Assembly: GCF_018350175.1 (NCBI RefSeq)
Contig: NC_058368.1
Span: forward strand, 230,084,001-230,148,000
DNA length: 64,000 nucleotides
Origin: Felis catus
Taxonomy: Eukaryota
Direction of reading: 5' to 3'
Position numbers and translations under genes: made by a program. Below, piece after piece: positions 1 to 13,469 of this stretch. The notes beneath the pieces were generated by a model. That model worked only from the letters and a program-made list of their open reading frames with translations, was not told where the DNA came from and did not search any database. Positions within the stretch are counted from its first letter, which is position 1. Every line of letters starts with the position of its first letter.

Positions 1-1669
1 GTTGGATTCATGGTAAGTACATAGACAGCTGAACAAGTGAACAGTAGTAACAAAGAAGACAAGCCATTCATTTAGAGAAAACAAAATGTTTGATATTGGT
101 GTTAAGAAAGCCATGGTATGAAGCATGTGCATTTTGATATTGTTCTACTGAACATCAAAGTTTAAAATATGTAGAGAACATGGGGGAAGATGGGCAAAGG
201 GTCAATGCATGATGGCAGATGGGGAAATGGAGCTAAATCCTTGTCTTCTGTGGGAAATCAATTGATGATGCCTATAACCAAAAATTTCAGGAATAATAAT
301 ATTTGAAAGTTAATGGAGATTTGGATATAGAAATCAGTAAAGGAGTTAAAAGTGCTTGACTCTGAAGAAGAGAAAATGAGAAGGTAGAATTGCTGTTAGT
401 TTTCAAACAAACTTGATCAAATATTTTACCCGCTTCAATTTGTACATATTTAGATGGATTTAACAATGACAATTATTTTCCCTTATACAGTTAGAAGTAT
501 AGATGACAATTAGATTATCTTCTTATATATAATTTTATATATTTATATTTTATGTGTGTTATATATTTATTATATATAAGGCATGTATAATTATGTAATA
601 TGTAAATAAGTATATTTTTATATATGTATAAAATCAAAGAAGCACTGATTAGAAGGAAAAAAGCAAAACAAAGAAAATTTAGACAAAAGAAACATCACCT
701 AGATAAACCTTTAACAGCTCTTTTAAGGATCGCACAAGTTTATTACAATTGATGAGCTGACTGAATTCTGAGAATAACACTATGATGAAATCATTTCATA
801 GAACTGCTGATATTTTTTAAGTCCTTATGGAAGTTTTCTCACCTTCACTTGTGACCAGGAAATGCCTTCTTTGAAAAAAAATATTTTGTAACAAACCATT
901 TAGCAATTTCATTCCAGGGAACTTGATACCAGGATCTTGTGTCATTTGTTCACCCACATGCACCTAGTTCCAGTTACATATCCAGAGTTTTACTCACAAG
1001 ATAAAATGATAACTTAGGACCTAGTCCCTTCCTTAAGAAGTAATCATAATATTGAAGAGATAATCATAATAAAGTACATAAAGTATGAGAACAAAAGTAT
1101 AAACTGATTATCATTGGATCCCAAATTATAGCATTATAGACTCTTGAGAAGTGGAGATTAGAACAGCTGGCCATCAAAGGAAAGTAGACCTGTTGCCCAT
1201 TAATAGGTTTTCCATTCCCATCTACGTTGACCTAACAGGCCTCACTTAGGAGACCCTGGGAGCCTTCACTACCATGGTCAAAACTATCAAATACCATCCC
1301 CTTTCTGCTCGTCACCTTCATGCCTACCACTGTTCTGTTGCAACATAAGACTGTGCAGGACTGCCATTTTGTGTCTTGGTAGGTGCCAGTCCTCATTCTA
1401 CCTTACTCTTACAGGAGACGAGGTTGACGAAGAAGTCTTGATGCCTTAGGATGTGAAGTCCACACAGACAGTCTCAGAATATGTTCTGAGTCCATCTTCC
1501 CACTTCATGTGGTTGGCATGGTCAGTTTGAATCTTAAGTCATTGGCTTCTAGCAATCAGATCTACTCTGTAGAAAATGACTTCCGCTGCCTAGAAGCTCA
1601 TCCATCTTGTCCATTCTCCACTTCTGTCTAATCTCTTTTCTATCTTCTCATATTAGAAAAATCATGGCA

Positions 1670-1883
1670 GGGGCGCCTGGGTGGCTCAATTAGTTGGGTG
1701 ACCAACTTCAGCTCAGGTCATGATCTCACAGTTTGTGAGTTTGAGCCCCACATGTCTGTGCTGACAGCTCAGTGCCTGGAGCCTATTTCAGATTCTGTAT
1801 CTCCCCCTCTCTGCCCCTCCCCTGCTCACACACTGTGTCTCTGTCTCTCAATAATAAATAATCATTTAAAAAATTTTTTTTAA
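1670..1883 (+). mobile_element. CanSINE (SINEC_Fc-type)
   Basis: GGGGCGCCTGGGTGGCTCA head, CT-rich body, A tail; 15-bp TSD agaaaaat(c/t)atggca at 1655-1669 and 1884-1898. Confidence 0.95.
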
Positions 1884-1949
1884 AGAAAAATTATGGCAAA
1901 TCTATATTTACTGAATTCACTATGCAGTCTAAAGTTTTCTACTTCCTTA

Positions 1950-2139
1950 AAGTTTATTTATTTTTGAGGGAGAGAAAACACAAGTGGGGCAAGGGCAGAG
2001 AGAGAGAGGGAGACACAGAGTCTGAAGCAGGCTCCAGGCTCTGAGCTGTCAGCTCAAGTCAGGGCTCAAACCCACAACTGTGAGATTATGGCCTGAGCCT
2101 AAGTTCGATGCTTAACCAACTGAGCCACCCAGGCACCCT
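1950..2139 (-). mobile_element. CanSINE (SINEC_Fc-type)
   Basis: Ends ...tgagccacccaggcaccc; flanking direct repeat taa(a/g)gttttc(t/c)acttccttaaa at 1930-1951 and 2140-2161. Confidence 0.93.
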
Positions 2140-2709
2140 TAAGGTTTTCCACTTCCTTAAATCTGGTTAGTATAGTCCCAATTTATGCTATGGTACATTG
2201 TTAAGTAAATTATTTATTGAAGGAATTAATAAAACTGTAAGTATGTGTTTTCTGATTTCATTTTTCACGTTGAGTTAGCTAAGCCCCTTCAAGAGGCTTT
2301 ATATGCTTTTATCCTCTTAAAAACATTTAATAAACTGTATTTAATTAAGTGGAATTAATTATTAATTAATTATTAATTTAGGCTCTTTAGGAAAAAGTTA
2401 TAAACTATATGACAATTTTTCTTATAATACTAATGTGTTATGTGACCTAATGATGTGCTATTCTAGGAGTGAATATCATTTAGATCTGGCTCTTAGTAAA
2501 TTTTAATGAACTCTGGTATCATATATCTGCTACTTTTATAAAATTTTATCTCTAAAATAAGATAATTTCCACAGAGTGGGGAGATTTAGGTTTTCTAACA
2601 CTACTTAGCTTTTTCTTCAAACTTCTTTTATCAAAGAATGCCTTCTTTAGTCCACATCCCAATGTTAATTCCCATGAAATACAATACAGTTTTATTTAAG
2701 CATTATTGA

Positions 2710-3870
2710 TATTAAAAACTGGCTATATTTAATACACACAATTTGGTGAGTTTGGACATATGCCTACACCCACAATACCAGCACCACAATGAAGGTAATA
2801 AAAATATCCATCACCTCCAAAAGTTTTTGCCCAATTTATTTATTATTTGTGTATTTATTTATTGGTGATAAGAACACTTAATATGAGATACACAATCTTA
2901 ACAAATTTTTAAGTGCACAACATTGTGTTGTTAACTATAGGCACTATGTTCTAGCACATGGCTAGAACTTGTTCATCTTGTATAACTGAAACTTTGTACC
3001 TATTGAACAACTCCCTATTTCCCCCACTCCCTAGCCTCTGGCAACCATCATCCTATTTTCTGATCCTATAAGTTTGACTGTTTCACACATCTCATATAAG
3101 TGGAGTCAGGTGCCTTTTGTCCTCTGTCACTGACTTCACTTAGTATCCTGTCTTCTATGTCCATCCATGTTGTTGCAGATGGTGCTAATTCATTCTTTTC
3201 TAAGGCTGAATGATGTTCCATTGTAGGTGTCTACCGTAGTTTCTTTATCCTGCTGTCTGTTGTCCATTTAAGTGGTTTGCACACGTTGGCTCTCGTGAAT
3301 AGTGCTACAGTGAACATGAGAGTGCAGAGATGTCTCGACTGTAGTTCTTTGGCCATATACCCAGGAGTGCAATCGCTAGATCATATGATATTTCTATCTT
3401 TAATATTTTATGGAACCTCCATACTATTTTACATCATGGCTGCAACAATTTACATCCCCACCAAGAACAGCTAAGCATTCCGATTTCTCTACATCCTTGT
3501 CCAACTTGTTATGTTTTGTTTGCTTTGATAATAGTCATTCTAACAGGTACGAGGTGGTATCTCATTATAGTTTTGATTTGTATTTTCTTGGTTAGTCATA
3601 TTGAGCACCTTTTTATATACTTGTTGGCCATTTGTAGATCTTATTTGGAGAAATGTTTATTCAAGTACTTTGTCCAATTTTTTTTCCCTACTGGGTTGAG
3701 CTCCTTCTGTATTTTGGAAATTAACTCATTTAAATATTTTCTCCCATTCTATAGGTTACCTTCTCACTCTGTTGGCTATTTCCTCTGCTAAAAGGAAAGG
3801 AAGCATTTTAGTTCGGTGTAGTCCTGCTTGCCTAGTTCTGCTTTTGTTTCCTCTGCCTTTGGTGTCAATC
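2710..3870 (-). mobile_element. L1 3' fragment (L1MA9-like), antisense to the gene
   Basis: Typical reverse L1MA 3'UTR/ORF2-end motifs: aagaacacttaatatgagat, ttgtgttgttaactataggcac, gaggtggtatctcattatagttttgatttg. Confidence 0.85.
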
Positions 3871-5069
3871 ACTTTTTCAAGCCTGATTTACATCATCACT
3901 TCTGCAGTGAAACTGCCGAGAAGAAGGCCATGCTAGCGGTCTTTGTCCTGTAATTCTTCCTCTATTTATTTTGCTGGCTTCTATTGTTCCTTCTACCCTC
4001 CAATCCCAAACCTTCAAAGATCTTTCTTTGCTCTTCTTATCTGTTCTTACAGTCTCCCCTTCACTGAACTAATTTAGTCCCACATATTCACTTTCAGCCA
4101 GCATTACAAATTTCACTGAATATATCCACATTCTTTTATTTTTCCAGTTGATTTCTTGGCTACCCACCTGGCCTTGTCAACAACATTCCTGTCATGAATG
4201 CTCTTCTATCTATCTCAAAGTCTTTAAGAAACCCAGGGGGTTATTCATTCCTAAGAGGCCTGTTGTCCCTCCAAGCATGAAATCTAGTTAGAATTGGAGA
4301 CTGTAATGTTTGCACCTACACTACAGTTCAAGTATCCCCAGTGGAGTGGAAACTCACTCATTTTTGTGACAATGCCCTAGGTGATACCATGGAGGCTGTA
4401 AGGCCACACGAGTCTCTGAGTTTGAGAACAGGTCCAGCTCTTCTAGTTAACAATTCTAAAGTCTGTTTTCAATTCCAGGCATAAAAACTACACTAAACTC
4501 TGCATAGGTCCTGAGAGCTCCCAACCCCAGTGATGTGCTGTGAGAAGAACAGCCCCCCTTCCCCATGAGCTTGAGGCCCTTTGGTTTGGGGTAAAGTAGG
4601 AAATGACTGTAATATGAGCGCTAGGCTGGAGGGCATTTCAGAACCTGGTCTCTAGAGTTCAGAGAAATAAAAACTATTTAAATGACAAGTCTTAATATGA
4701 ATGTGAGTGAAATTCATAATTTATATTGGCATCACATGCCCACTATGTTAATGGACTGCTATGGCCTCTAAAACAAAAGAATTGACAATGAGAGGAAGAT
4801 GTCATCTACCCAATATTAGGTAGCTTCTTCAATTAATTACCCCTTATCTATGTCCAGATCTCCTAAACACCATTCTTTATCTCATTCTCTTTGTTCCTTT
4901 TGAAAGAAGAAATTTTTTTTTTCCTGGCCAAGGCTAATAAGCCTTTCACCTTAATGAACATTTTTGTAAAATGAGAGGAAAAAAACCCCCAGAATCTAGG
5001 AAATAGCTCTGTGATGATGTTTACACAAGGTAATACATGTAAAGCATTTAGCTCAGTGCAGATACATAT

Positions 5070-5195
5070 ATCTAACAGGTGTTTATTGAGTAACTTCTAT
5101 GTGCCCGGACTTCTATGTGCCCGGACTGCTCTAGACACCAGATGCATTGGCAACACAGCACAAAAAAAATTTCTGGTTTATACATGGTCCTAGAA
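5070..5195 (-). mobile_element. L2 3'-end fragment containing a 16-bp tandem duplication
   Basis: gtttattgagtaacttctatgtgcccggactgctctagacac resembles the reverse L2 terminus (tttattgagcacctactatgtgccaggcactg). Confidence 0.65.
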
Positions 5196-5839
5196 ATAAA
5201 GTACTCAATAGTGAGCACTTGATAAAAAATTGTTTCCAATTTTATTCTTATGTTTTGTGCTGTCACGTTAATAAAACATAGGATTGTAGATGAAGAAGAG
5301 AAACTTCCTTGCTCCTTGAGGACCTTAACATTTACTATGTACTCCTTAGCAAAGCACAGGGGAAAATTCACTTAATTACTTCCTTGGTTCATATACATGA
5401 TGACAAAGTAAACATTTATTGAATGGACCTTTTAAAAAGGCAACATATTGATACCATTGCCTTAATAAAGAAAATGTCAGTTCAGTTAAAAAGTCATCAG
5501 GTAAATAAAACAAACAAGTAACCCAAAGTAGCCATCTATTTTTAATAATAGTGAACAACATTGAAGAGAATGTGCAAACGCATAAGTATTTGCTTGGTTA
5601 GTAACTCATCGACTGGGAGTTTTAAAATACGGCAGAAAATATGCATTTACAAATCAAGCATAGAGGAAACTTGTTAATTCTTAAAAACCTTGCGGCTTTC
5701 AGGTGAGATAGACTAACAGGGCCCGGCAGTACCTTCCCACCTGAAACAACACATCACAGAGAATATGAAACACCAGCTTTCAGGACTCTGAACTTTAGGC
5801 AGTGAAAAAAGGTGGTTCGTAAGAGACACAGAACAAATT

Positions 5840-6660
5840 CACACAGGTGCTAGAATTAGCTAATCAAGACATTAAAACAGGTTTTATATGCATATTCCCT
5901 AGATTTCTAAGTTAAAGAGACATGGAAAATCTACAAGAGACCCGAGGGAAACTTCTAGGGATGTTTGATTCATCAATGTTGGAGATAAAAATATACTCTA
6001 CAGGATTAATGGTGGATTAGACATTGCAGAGGGAAAGATTGATTAACTCGACAACCAAAGGACACTGTTCAAAATGAAACACAGAGGGGAAAAAAGGATT
6101 TTAAAAATAAAACAAGAATCCATGAGCTGTGGGGCAATTCCACATGATCTAATGTATACTTAGTTATTGTCACTGAAGGAGGGGTGTTACTGGGGAAAAC
6201 AGAAAAGAAATCGAGGAATTAATGACTAAAATTTTCCCAGATTTGATGGAAATGATAAATCCACAGATTTATCCAGGAAGCCCAATGAATCCCAAGCGTA
6301 AGAAACATGAGGGAAACGACATCAAGGAGCATTATGATCACGTTGTTCAGAACCGGTGATAAAGAGAAAATCATAAAAGGCAGAGAAGAAAGACACTGGA
6401 TACACTAAGAACCAAATACGCAAATAACAGAGGTGTTTTTTTTTTTTTTTTTTTTGTCAGAAACAATGTGAGAGGACAAATGCCTTACAAAAATGAGGGC
6501 AAAATAACAACTCTTGTTAGGCACATAAAGCTGAGAGAATCCACTGAAAGAACTGCATTCCAAGAAACACTGAAGGAAGTCTTTCAGACAGAAGGAGAAT
6601 AATGCCACATGGAAATAAAGATCTACACACAGAGATGAGAAGATCTAGAAATACGTGACT
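5840..6660 (+). mobile_element. Old L1 ORF1-region fragment (L1M type), degraded
   Basis: A-rich sense motifs typical of L1 ORF1: gattagacattgcagagggaaagatt, aaattttcccagatttgatg, ccaggaagcccaatgaatccca, gataaagagaaaatc. No intact ORF. Confidence 0.7.
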
Positions 6661-6698
6661 CTGTTTGCAAGGCAGCTGACATAACGAATTTCCACGTA

Positions 6699-6893
6699 GA
6701 GGCACCAGGGTGGCTCAGTCGGGTTAAGCATCTGACTCTCAGTTTTGGCTCAGATCATGATCTCATGGTTTTGTGGGTTTGAGCCCCACAACGGGCTGTG
6801 CTTTGGCAGCATGGATCCTGCTTGGGATTCTCTCTCTTTCCTTCTCTCTTTGCCCCTCCCCTGCTCACGCTCTGTCTGTCTCTCTCAAAATAA
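6699..6893 (+). mobile_element. CanSINE
   Basis: ggcaccagggtggctcagtc head; ctctctcaaaataa end. Confidence 0.88.
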
Positions 6894-8049
6894 CAGACAG
6901 ATGCAGGATAAAATACAAAGTCTGGAAATGAAAATCTTCTGGAATCTGTGTATTTCTGTGGAAAGGAACTGCCAAAAAAAAAATTAAAATAAAAAAAAAA
7001 GTAAAACTTGCTGGAAGAAGCAGTGGAGGTTAGGTACACAAAAATGCATTTTGGTAGAGGTCTTGGTTTTTTTGTCCTTACGAATCATCTTTGCCATCCT
7101 TCAGAACAGTAAGAAGAAAGATTTGAGCTCCCATAACATGCTTCCTCAGTTTTAGCACCTTAAAGGAAAAGTTGAGCTCTCATTTGTAAAGTGTCTCTTG
7201 GTTCCCCCAAATAATGTTGTTAACAGAAAAGAAATCTGTGGAAAAGGCCAAGGGCATTTTTAATATGTATGGAGGACACGCCAGATCCCGTTTTTTACAG
7301 GTATCCCCCAAGAATGTCCCAGGGTAGCAAGTAAAATAAATGCAACTTTTATGGGAAGACACATCTCTGCGATGTGGCGAGTTATAATTCTTCCAAACTA
7401 ACCTGTATTTTCAGTATTCTCCAGCATTTTTGTTTTCCCCTACCCAAAACATAACTGTGCAGATAACTTATATTTTACAGAAATTAAATGTGACATTGTA
7501 AAAACTTTTCCTGAAATTTTTAGTGAAAATATATGCTTTGCTATAATTATGTTTAGTAAAAAAACTTGAGTGTATGGGAAAATATAATGCAAAGATGAAA
7601 ATGTGGTACAAAAGTCCTATAATTGGAACAGCCAAGATCCTTGATGCACTGATTGAATCATTTTTCGTTAATGTTGATCCTTTAACAGTGGATTTCAGGC
7701 ATTCTTCAAAGCATTCTTCATTGGTTTAATTGTTTTTTTAAGGTGATACAGCAAATATCTCAAAAGATATTCATTTAGTAATTAGGTTGTATAGGATCAG
7801 TATCATTGCCTTTCTCCTGGAGTTTAAAGCCTACTGAAGTATAAGCATTATTTTTCTTCCGTCTACAATATATGTAAGTAATATTACGATCAAGTTAGTA
7901 GAGAGGCAGCTAGAACCCAATAGGGAATAAACACAGTACTCCAAATGATAGAAAAACTGTTTCTTTTAACATTTCATGGAATGTTACAATTTTAATGGAG
8001 GAAGTATTAATATCCATTGGGTGCTGGCCACCAGCCAAAGAATAGTTTT

Positions 8050-8225
8050 TCATGGGCGGGCTCATTTAATCCTCACCCCGACTTTATGGAGTAAGTATTG
8101 TAAGCCCATTTTACAGGTGATGAAATCGATATAAGAAAGAGTAAATAACTTCCTCAAGGCCCTACAGCCAGCAGGTGCCAGGGCTGAGATCTGAACTCAG
8201 CTCTGTCCGAACCGCCAACCCTTCT
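8050..8225 (-). mobile_element. MIR
   Basis: ctcatttaatcctcac...cccattttacaggtgatgaaa...aacttcctcaagg...gatctgaactcag matches the reverse MIR core. Confidence 0.8.
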
Positions 8226-8341
8226 TGGGTTTCACAACAGCATCCTCTGCCTCTCCTATTTGACATCTTGATAAATTGCATTTTCCCCTTGACCATCATG
8301 TCACTTTGATAGGAATTCCCCTTTGCAAATAGATGATATAA

Positions 8342-8611
<270 letters not shown>

Positions 8612-9077
8612 TAACCGATCTGATTTAAGATGTTCAAAAGGTGTCTGAAATGGCCCGATTTGCACTTGCAACTCCTGTAACAGAATTAACACCTGCCCCG
8701 GATGCAAATGGCGCATAATTGTCCATAAAGGAAGGCTCTGCATGCAGTCAGCTTGCTGGAAATCAGATTCCACAGCGCAGTCTCTCAGTCTGGTTCTCTT
8801 TTCCTAGATGATCCAGAGTTGCAGGTTCCTGAAGGGAAAGGGAGAACATTTTGGTGTAACCTGTATTGTTTGCTAATATATGCTGCTGAAGTGTGAAATC
8901 GCACCTCGGTTGTCAGCCACTCAGGCAATTCTCCTGGGTAGAACGATTTCAAATTCATAGATAGAAGAGTTATTCAGTTAGGGGCTGGTTTGAGGTTCCA
9001 GAATGTGTCAAAACAAGACTTAGTCATTTGCCCACAAAATAAATGATCCACCCTAGAACCATGTTTTCATATTTAAA

Positions 9078-9079
<2 letters not shown>

Positions 9080-9123
<44 letters not shown>
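9080..9123. repeat. (GT)22 microsatellite
   Basis: Perfect dinucleotide run. Confidence 0.98.
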
Positions 9124-9126
<3 letters not shown>

Positions 9127-9249
9127 GTGAGTATGTGTGAAAGAATCATGAAGCTCTCTATAAGACAGCTTTTATTTCTCAGTAATGCATCGTACTTTTC
9201 TATCGTCCTGTTCTACATTGTGTTTTTGACCTTCTACATTTTTAGGGAG

Positions 9250-9618
9250 GAGTCTTAGTTCAGGAAACAATAGTTGCTGTGGCAAATCAACTCCAACATT
9301 GCAGTGACTTAATGCAAGAGCAGTTTGCTTCTCATTTATGCAACAGATGGAGGTAGTGGATGGTAACCAGGGGCTGCCCCTCCGCTTTCCCTCCTACAGT
9401 GATGAAGGATCCAGCTTCTCTCTTGAGAGCTCTGTCATCCCTATACCTCATTGTCAATTGCATTGCCAGTTGCATCACTGCACCTACAAACCATTGGTGA
9501 AAACCAGTCACATGGCCTCTCGTAGATGGAAGAAGGGTGGGGATCCCTAGACCTGGGGTCTACAGCCACTCTGCTCAGGAGCATGAATTTGATGGTCTCT
9601 TAGCCACCTGCTCTGACA
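9250..9618 (-). mobile_element. Old MaLR LTR (MLT1J/K-like)
   Basis: ttagttcagg...gttgctgtggcaaat...cagtgacttaa...tttgcttctcat start and ...gctctgaca end. Confidence 0.55.
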
Positions 9619-10463
9619 AAAGAATTAAAAAGGTCCTTGTCTCCATTGCTCTAAAATATTTTATCATTGTAGTCAGAATGTTTCCCACTAGAGTCATTTG
9701 CCATCGGTCTTTTAACATCATTCTTTTTTTTGTTTAACAATGATGAATTTTTGCAAGGAAATCATTGCACTCTTGTTAGACTAGCTTCCTTGGGTGCAAT
9801 ATCATTTTCCATCCCAAAACTTTATTTTGGGCATGTGAAAATGTACCACCTCTGCATCCAAGTACCTAGGTTATCAGTAGCTGTGAATGGGTACATGGGG
9901 ACCCCTTAAACTAATCACAGACTTGTTGAACACCCAGATTAACCAAAGCAGAATGGACAAAAAAAAATGTGAATTGTGCCTACCTGAAATTGTTTACAGA
10001 AGGTTGACTGGTTGAAGATGGTGAGACTAAGTCAGGGAGAAAAATGTTTGTAAATATGTATTCGAACCAGTTCCTACGGTTATACGTATTTGAAGAGCTT
10101 TTCGTTAAAGATGTTTTTTTCTTTTCCCCTACTACCTGAGAAGCTAGGACTGTCAGGTTTTTAGGTCTATACACACCACTAAATTCACGTTTATTTCACT
10201 TTGAAACCCGTTGTTTCATTATTGGTCAGTTTCTATATCCAGTCTTTCTGTGTGCTATGTTTGCATACTGTACATCTTTTATTTTATTAAAATCACCCCC
10301 AGCCCCTAGTAGAAATAGGTCTAGGGGACCACGTTGTATCCTGTGCCTGAATGCCCAACCTCTGATTGGATTAGAGATAGATATCTGATCTAATGGTGAT
10401 TCATCCAGTGACCAACCTGTAAGAAATTGGTCTTACTCTTGAAAACGCAAAATAAGTGATCCA

Positions 10464-10690
10464 CAGGTGCCCGGGTAGCTCAGTCAGTTAAGTGTCTGAC
10501 TTCGGCTCAGGTCACGATCTCACAGTTTGTCAGTTTGAGTCCCACATCGGGCTCTGTGCTGACAGCTCAGAGCCTGGAGGCTGCTTCGGATTTGTGTCTC
10601 CCTCTCTCTGTGCCTTCCCTGCTTGTGCTCTGTCTCTCTCTCTCTCTCTCTCTCAAAAAATAAATAAATATTAAAAAAACATTTTTTTAA
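10464..10690 (+). mobile_element. CanSINE (SINEC_Fc-type)
   Basis: Full body; TSD taagtgatcca at 10453-10463 and 10692-10702. Confidence 0.93.
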
Positions 10691-11856
10691 GTAAGTGATC
10701 CAAAGTCTGTGACATCTAATGGTAAGCGGTAGAGGACGGTGGCCCTGTGGATTCGTGCCAGTGGAGGCATCTGTAATGACAAAAAGTAGTCCAACAGAGA
10801 GACTGTATTGTTCCTGAAAGTCAAACAGGCCAGTTTGCTTATCATTGGGAGCAGCTGAATTTTTAAATTCTTAAAAACTTCCTTCCTCCCTCATTTGATT
10901 TAACTGAATTGATTTCTTTTCCTTGGGTCCAAGGTATCTGGAATAGAACCCATCAGTGAACTACCAAAGTTGACAGAAAAATTATCCCATGACAACTTTT
11001 GATTCTTAATCTTATATTCTTAGCTCTCAGCCATGATACACAATCAATAGTTCTGTGTAAAATATATATTGAATGGTTAAGTGCAGATGACACTACCTAA
11101 TTATTTCTCCTTGCCAGATAGCTATATAATGTCAGTTTTCATTAAGCTTAATTATTTTGTATATTGGAAATCTCCAGTGTATAAATCTGCACTTGAATAA
11201 TACAAGCAATTTACTGATAATTCATTGGGGGAAAGTCTCATACATAGCTTCCACTGTTCTTTTTTTGTCATAACCTAGTTGTTTGCTCAGCTTCAGAAAT
11301 CACCTTTGGAAATTCAGGTCTTTATTAAGTGTGATAGACTAACCTAGTTAGCACATCAAAAGGAATATTCAAAAAACATTTAAAAATAGAATACAAACAT
11401 TTTTTAAAAGGAGAATAGGTAAAGAAGTCTTTGATAATTTAGTTGTTGTTTCGTACTTCTTAGGGATGCTAAGGAGGGGTAAGAGAGTTTCTTAGAGGAA
11501 ATGAAACAAACCAAATATTTTTTAGACTTTTAGTGGAAGTGGTAAAAATGACTCATAAATATAGTTTGGTTTTCCTCTGCCTTTTATCAGTGATAGGAAA
11601 CTCTCCATTTGGTTTCTAAGACCCTTTCCCTGGTAGTCACATTGACAGTTGAAACTTTCAAGAAAACTTTTGTTGACATGCATTTATAACAGTCAACTTT
11701 ATAATAATCAGATCATGAGCGTGAACACTGGGAACTTGGAGAAGGAAAAGCTGGAGCTCCCTGTTGTTGAAGCACGTCAGCTACTGTGTCCAAACAGCCA
11801 GCCCTTCAGTAGCTGCAAATAGGAACGTTGTGATCTCCTAACATCTTCACAGACTT

Positions 11857-12064
11857 TTTTTTAATGTTTATTTATTTTTGAGAGAGAGAGACAGAGCGTG
11901 AGCACGGGAGGGGTGGAGAGAGACAGGGAGACACAGAATCCGAAGCAGCCTCCAGGCTCTGAGCTGTCAGCACAGAGCCTGACACGGGGCTCCAACCCCT
12001 AACCATGACATCATGACCTGAACCGAAGTCAGACATTTAACTGACTGAGCCACCCAGGCGCCCC
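11857..12064 (-). mobile_element. CanSINE (SINEC_Fc-type)
   Basis: TSD cttcacagactt at 11845-11856 and 12066-12077. Confidence 0.95.
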
Positions 12065-12730
12065 GCTTCACAGACTTGTCTAAACATCCATGTTGGTATT
12101 GAAGCTTCCCGAGTTCAGATGCATTAGTGGTGAAGTGTTGGGATTCTTCTACACAGGAATTATTGGTGCTTCTTACTGCAACTACACATCCACCATGCAC
12201 CTTATCTCCTTCCTGACTTGGCTTTGCTCACTCTTTCCAGCCCTGTCCTTTCCAAGGTGTTAGATTCTGCTCCCTTCCCATGAGAGCGTTTGGTTTCACA
12301 TCTTCTCCTTGATTGCTCAGAACCATCCAGATCCGAGTCAGGAACTTTACTTACACAGATGTTGCCCTTTATTCAGGGTCATGATCAAATCCCCCTTGCT
12401 CATGGCTCACTCCCACACTCTGGCCAGTTGTGATTACTTGGCTAATGCCCGTCCCTCAGGCCAAGGCCTGTCAGTGATCATGGTCTGACAGCCCTGTGAG
12501 CCATTCATTCCCTCCCAGGCTGGGGGCCATGCATTACTCTTTTAAGTCTCCTGGTCTGAGGACCTGCTTATACCTGTACCCATGTCATTCTCTCCATAGA
12601 CTCTAATAACAGTATTCTAGCTCATCCTTCTGCCTGCGGTATGCCCAAATCTATCCCCCATACACGGTGAGATTGCGCTACATAATACATAAATCAGAAC
12701 CGTGTTCGTGAAGCATTCTTTCCCACTTCT

Positions 12731-12960
12731 TTTTTTTTTTTTTTTAATTTTTTTTTTCAACGTTTATTTATTTTTGGGACAGAGAGAGACAGAGCATGAA
12801 CGGGGAAGGGGCAGAGAGAGAGGGAGACACAGAATCGGAAACAGGCTCCAGGCTCTGAGCCATCAGCCCAGAGCCTGACGCGGGGCTCGAACTCACGGAC
12901 CGCGAGATCGTGACCTGGCTGAAGTCGGACGCTTAACCGACTGCGCCACCCAGGCGCCCC
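12731..12960 (-). mobile_element. Very young felid CanSINE (SINEC_Fc)
   Basis: CpGs intact, long T tract, perfect 14-bp TSD tctttcccacttct at 12717-12730 and 12961-12974. Confidence 0.97.
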
Positions 12961-13409
12961 TCTTTCCCACTTCTATAAACACACCTGTCTTTCCCATTTC
13001 AGTGCCTATGACCATGTGATCTCTTCTATCTAGAATGTCTTCCTTCTTTCACCAGGACACCCCCTCCGGTGAATCCAGTTACCCAGCTGAGGGCTCATAT
13101 CCTTCTGAACCTTTCCTTGATCAGTCCAAATTGGATCAGGTGTCCCTTCCTTGAGGATCATTAGAACTTAAAGCATTAGAGATGAGACACCATTGATGCT
13201 TTGAGAGGTTGCCTGCCAGAGAATGTCTAACCTTCACTCAAAGGATGTGTGGGGATTTTCTCGAGTGCTACTGAAAATTTAAGGACATCAAAATAGATGA
13301 CTAATCATATCCCTGATTCCCAAGAACACAATGGGAGAAACACTGAATGCAAACCAGAGTTGAACCTATCTATGGACTCTTCTTAAAGGACACCTGACTC
13401 TTGGAAATA

Positions 13410-13410
<1 letters not shown>

Positions 13411-13452
<42 letters not shown>
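13411..13452. repeat. (TGA)14 microsatellite
   Basis: Perfect trinucleotide run. Confidence 0.97.
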
Positions 13453-13455
<3 letters not shown>

Positions 13456-13469
13456 ATAACAATGGTCTA

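Noticed and set aside
1..480. Possible old L1 3'UTR fragment
   Set aside because: Resemblance is too weak to call without a consensus alignment.
8790..8830. Possible microexon after ttctcttttcctAG (8807)
   Set aside because: The nearest donor (cag|gttcct) is very weak and the frame hits TGA immediately; unsupported without RNA data.
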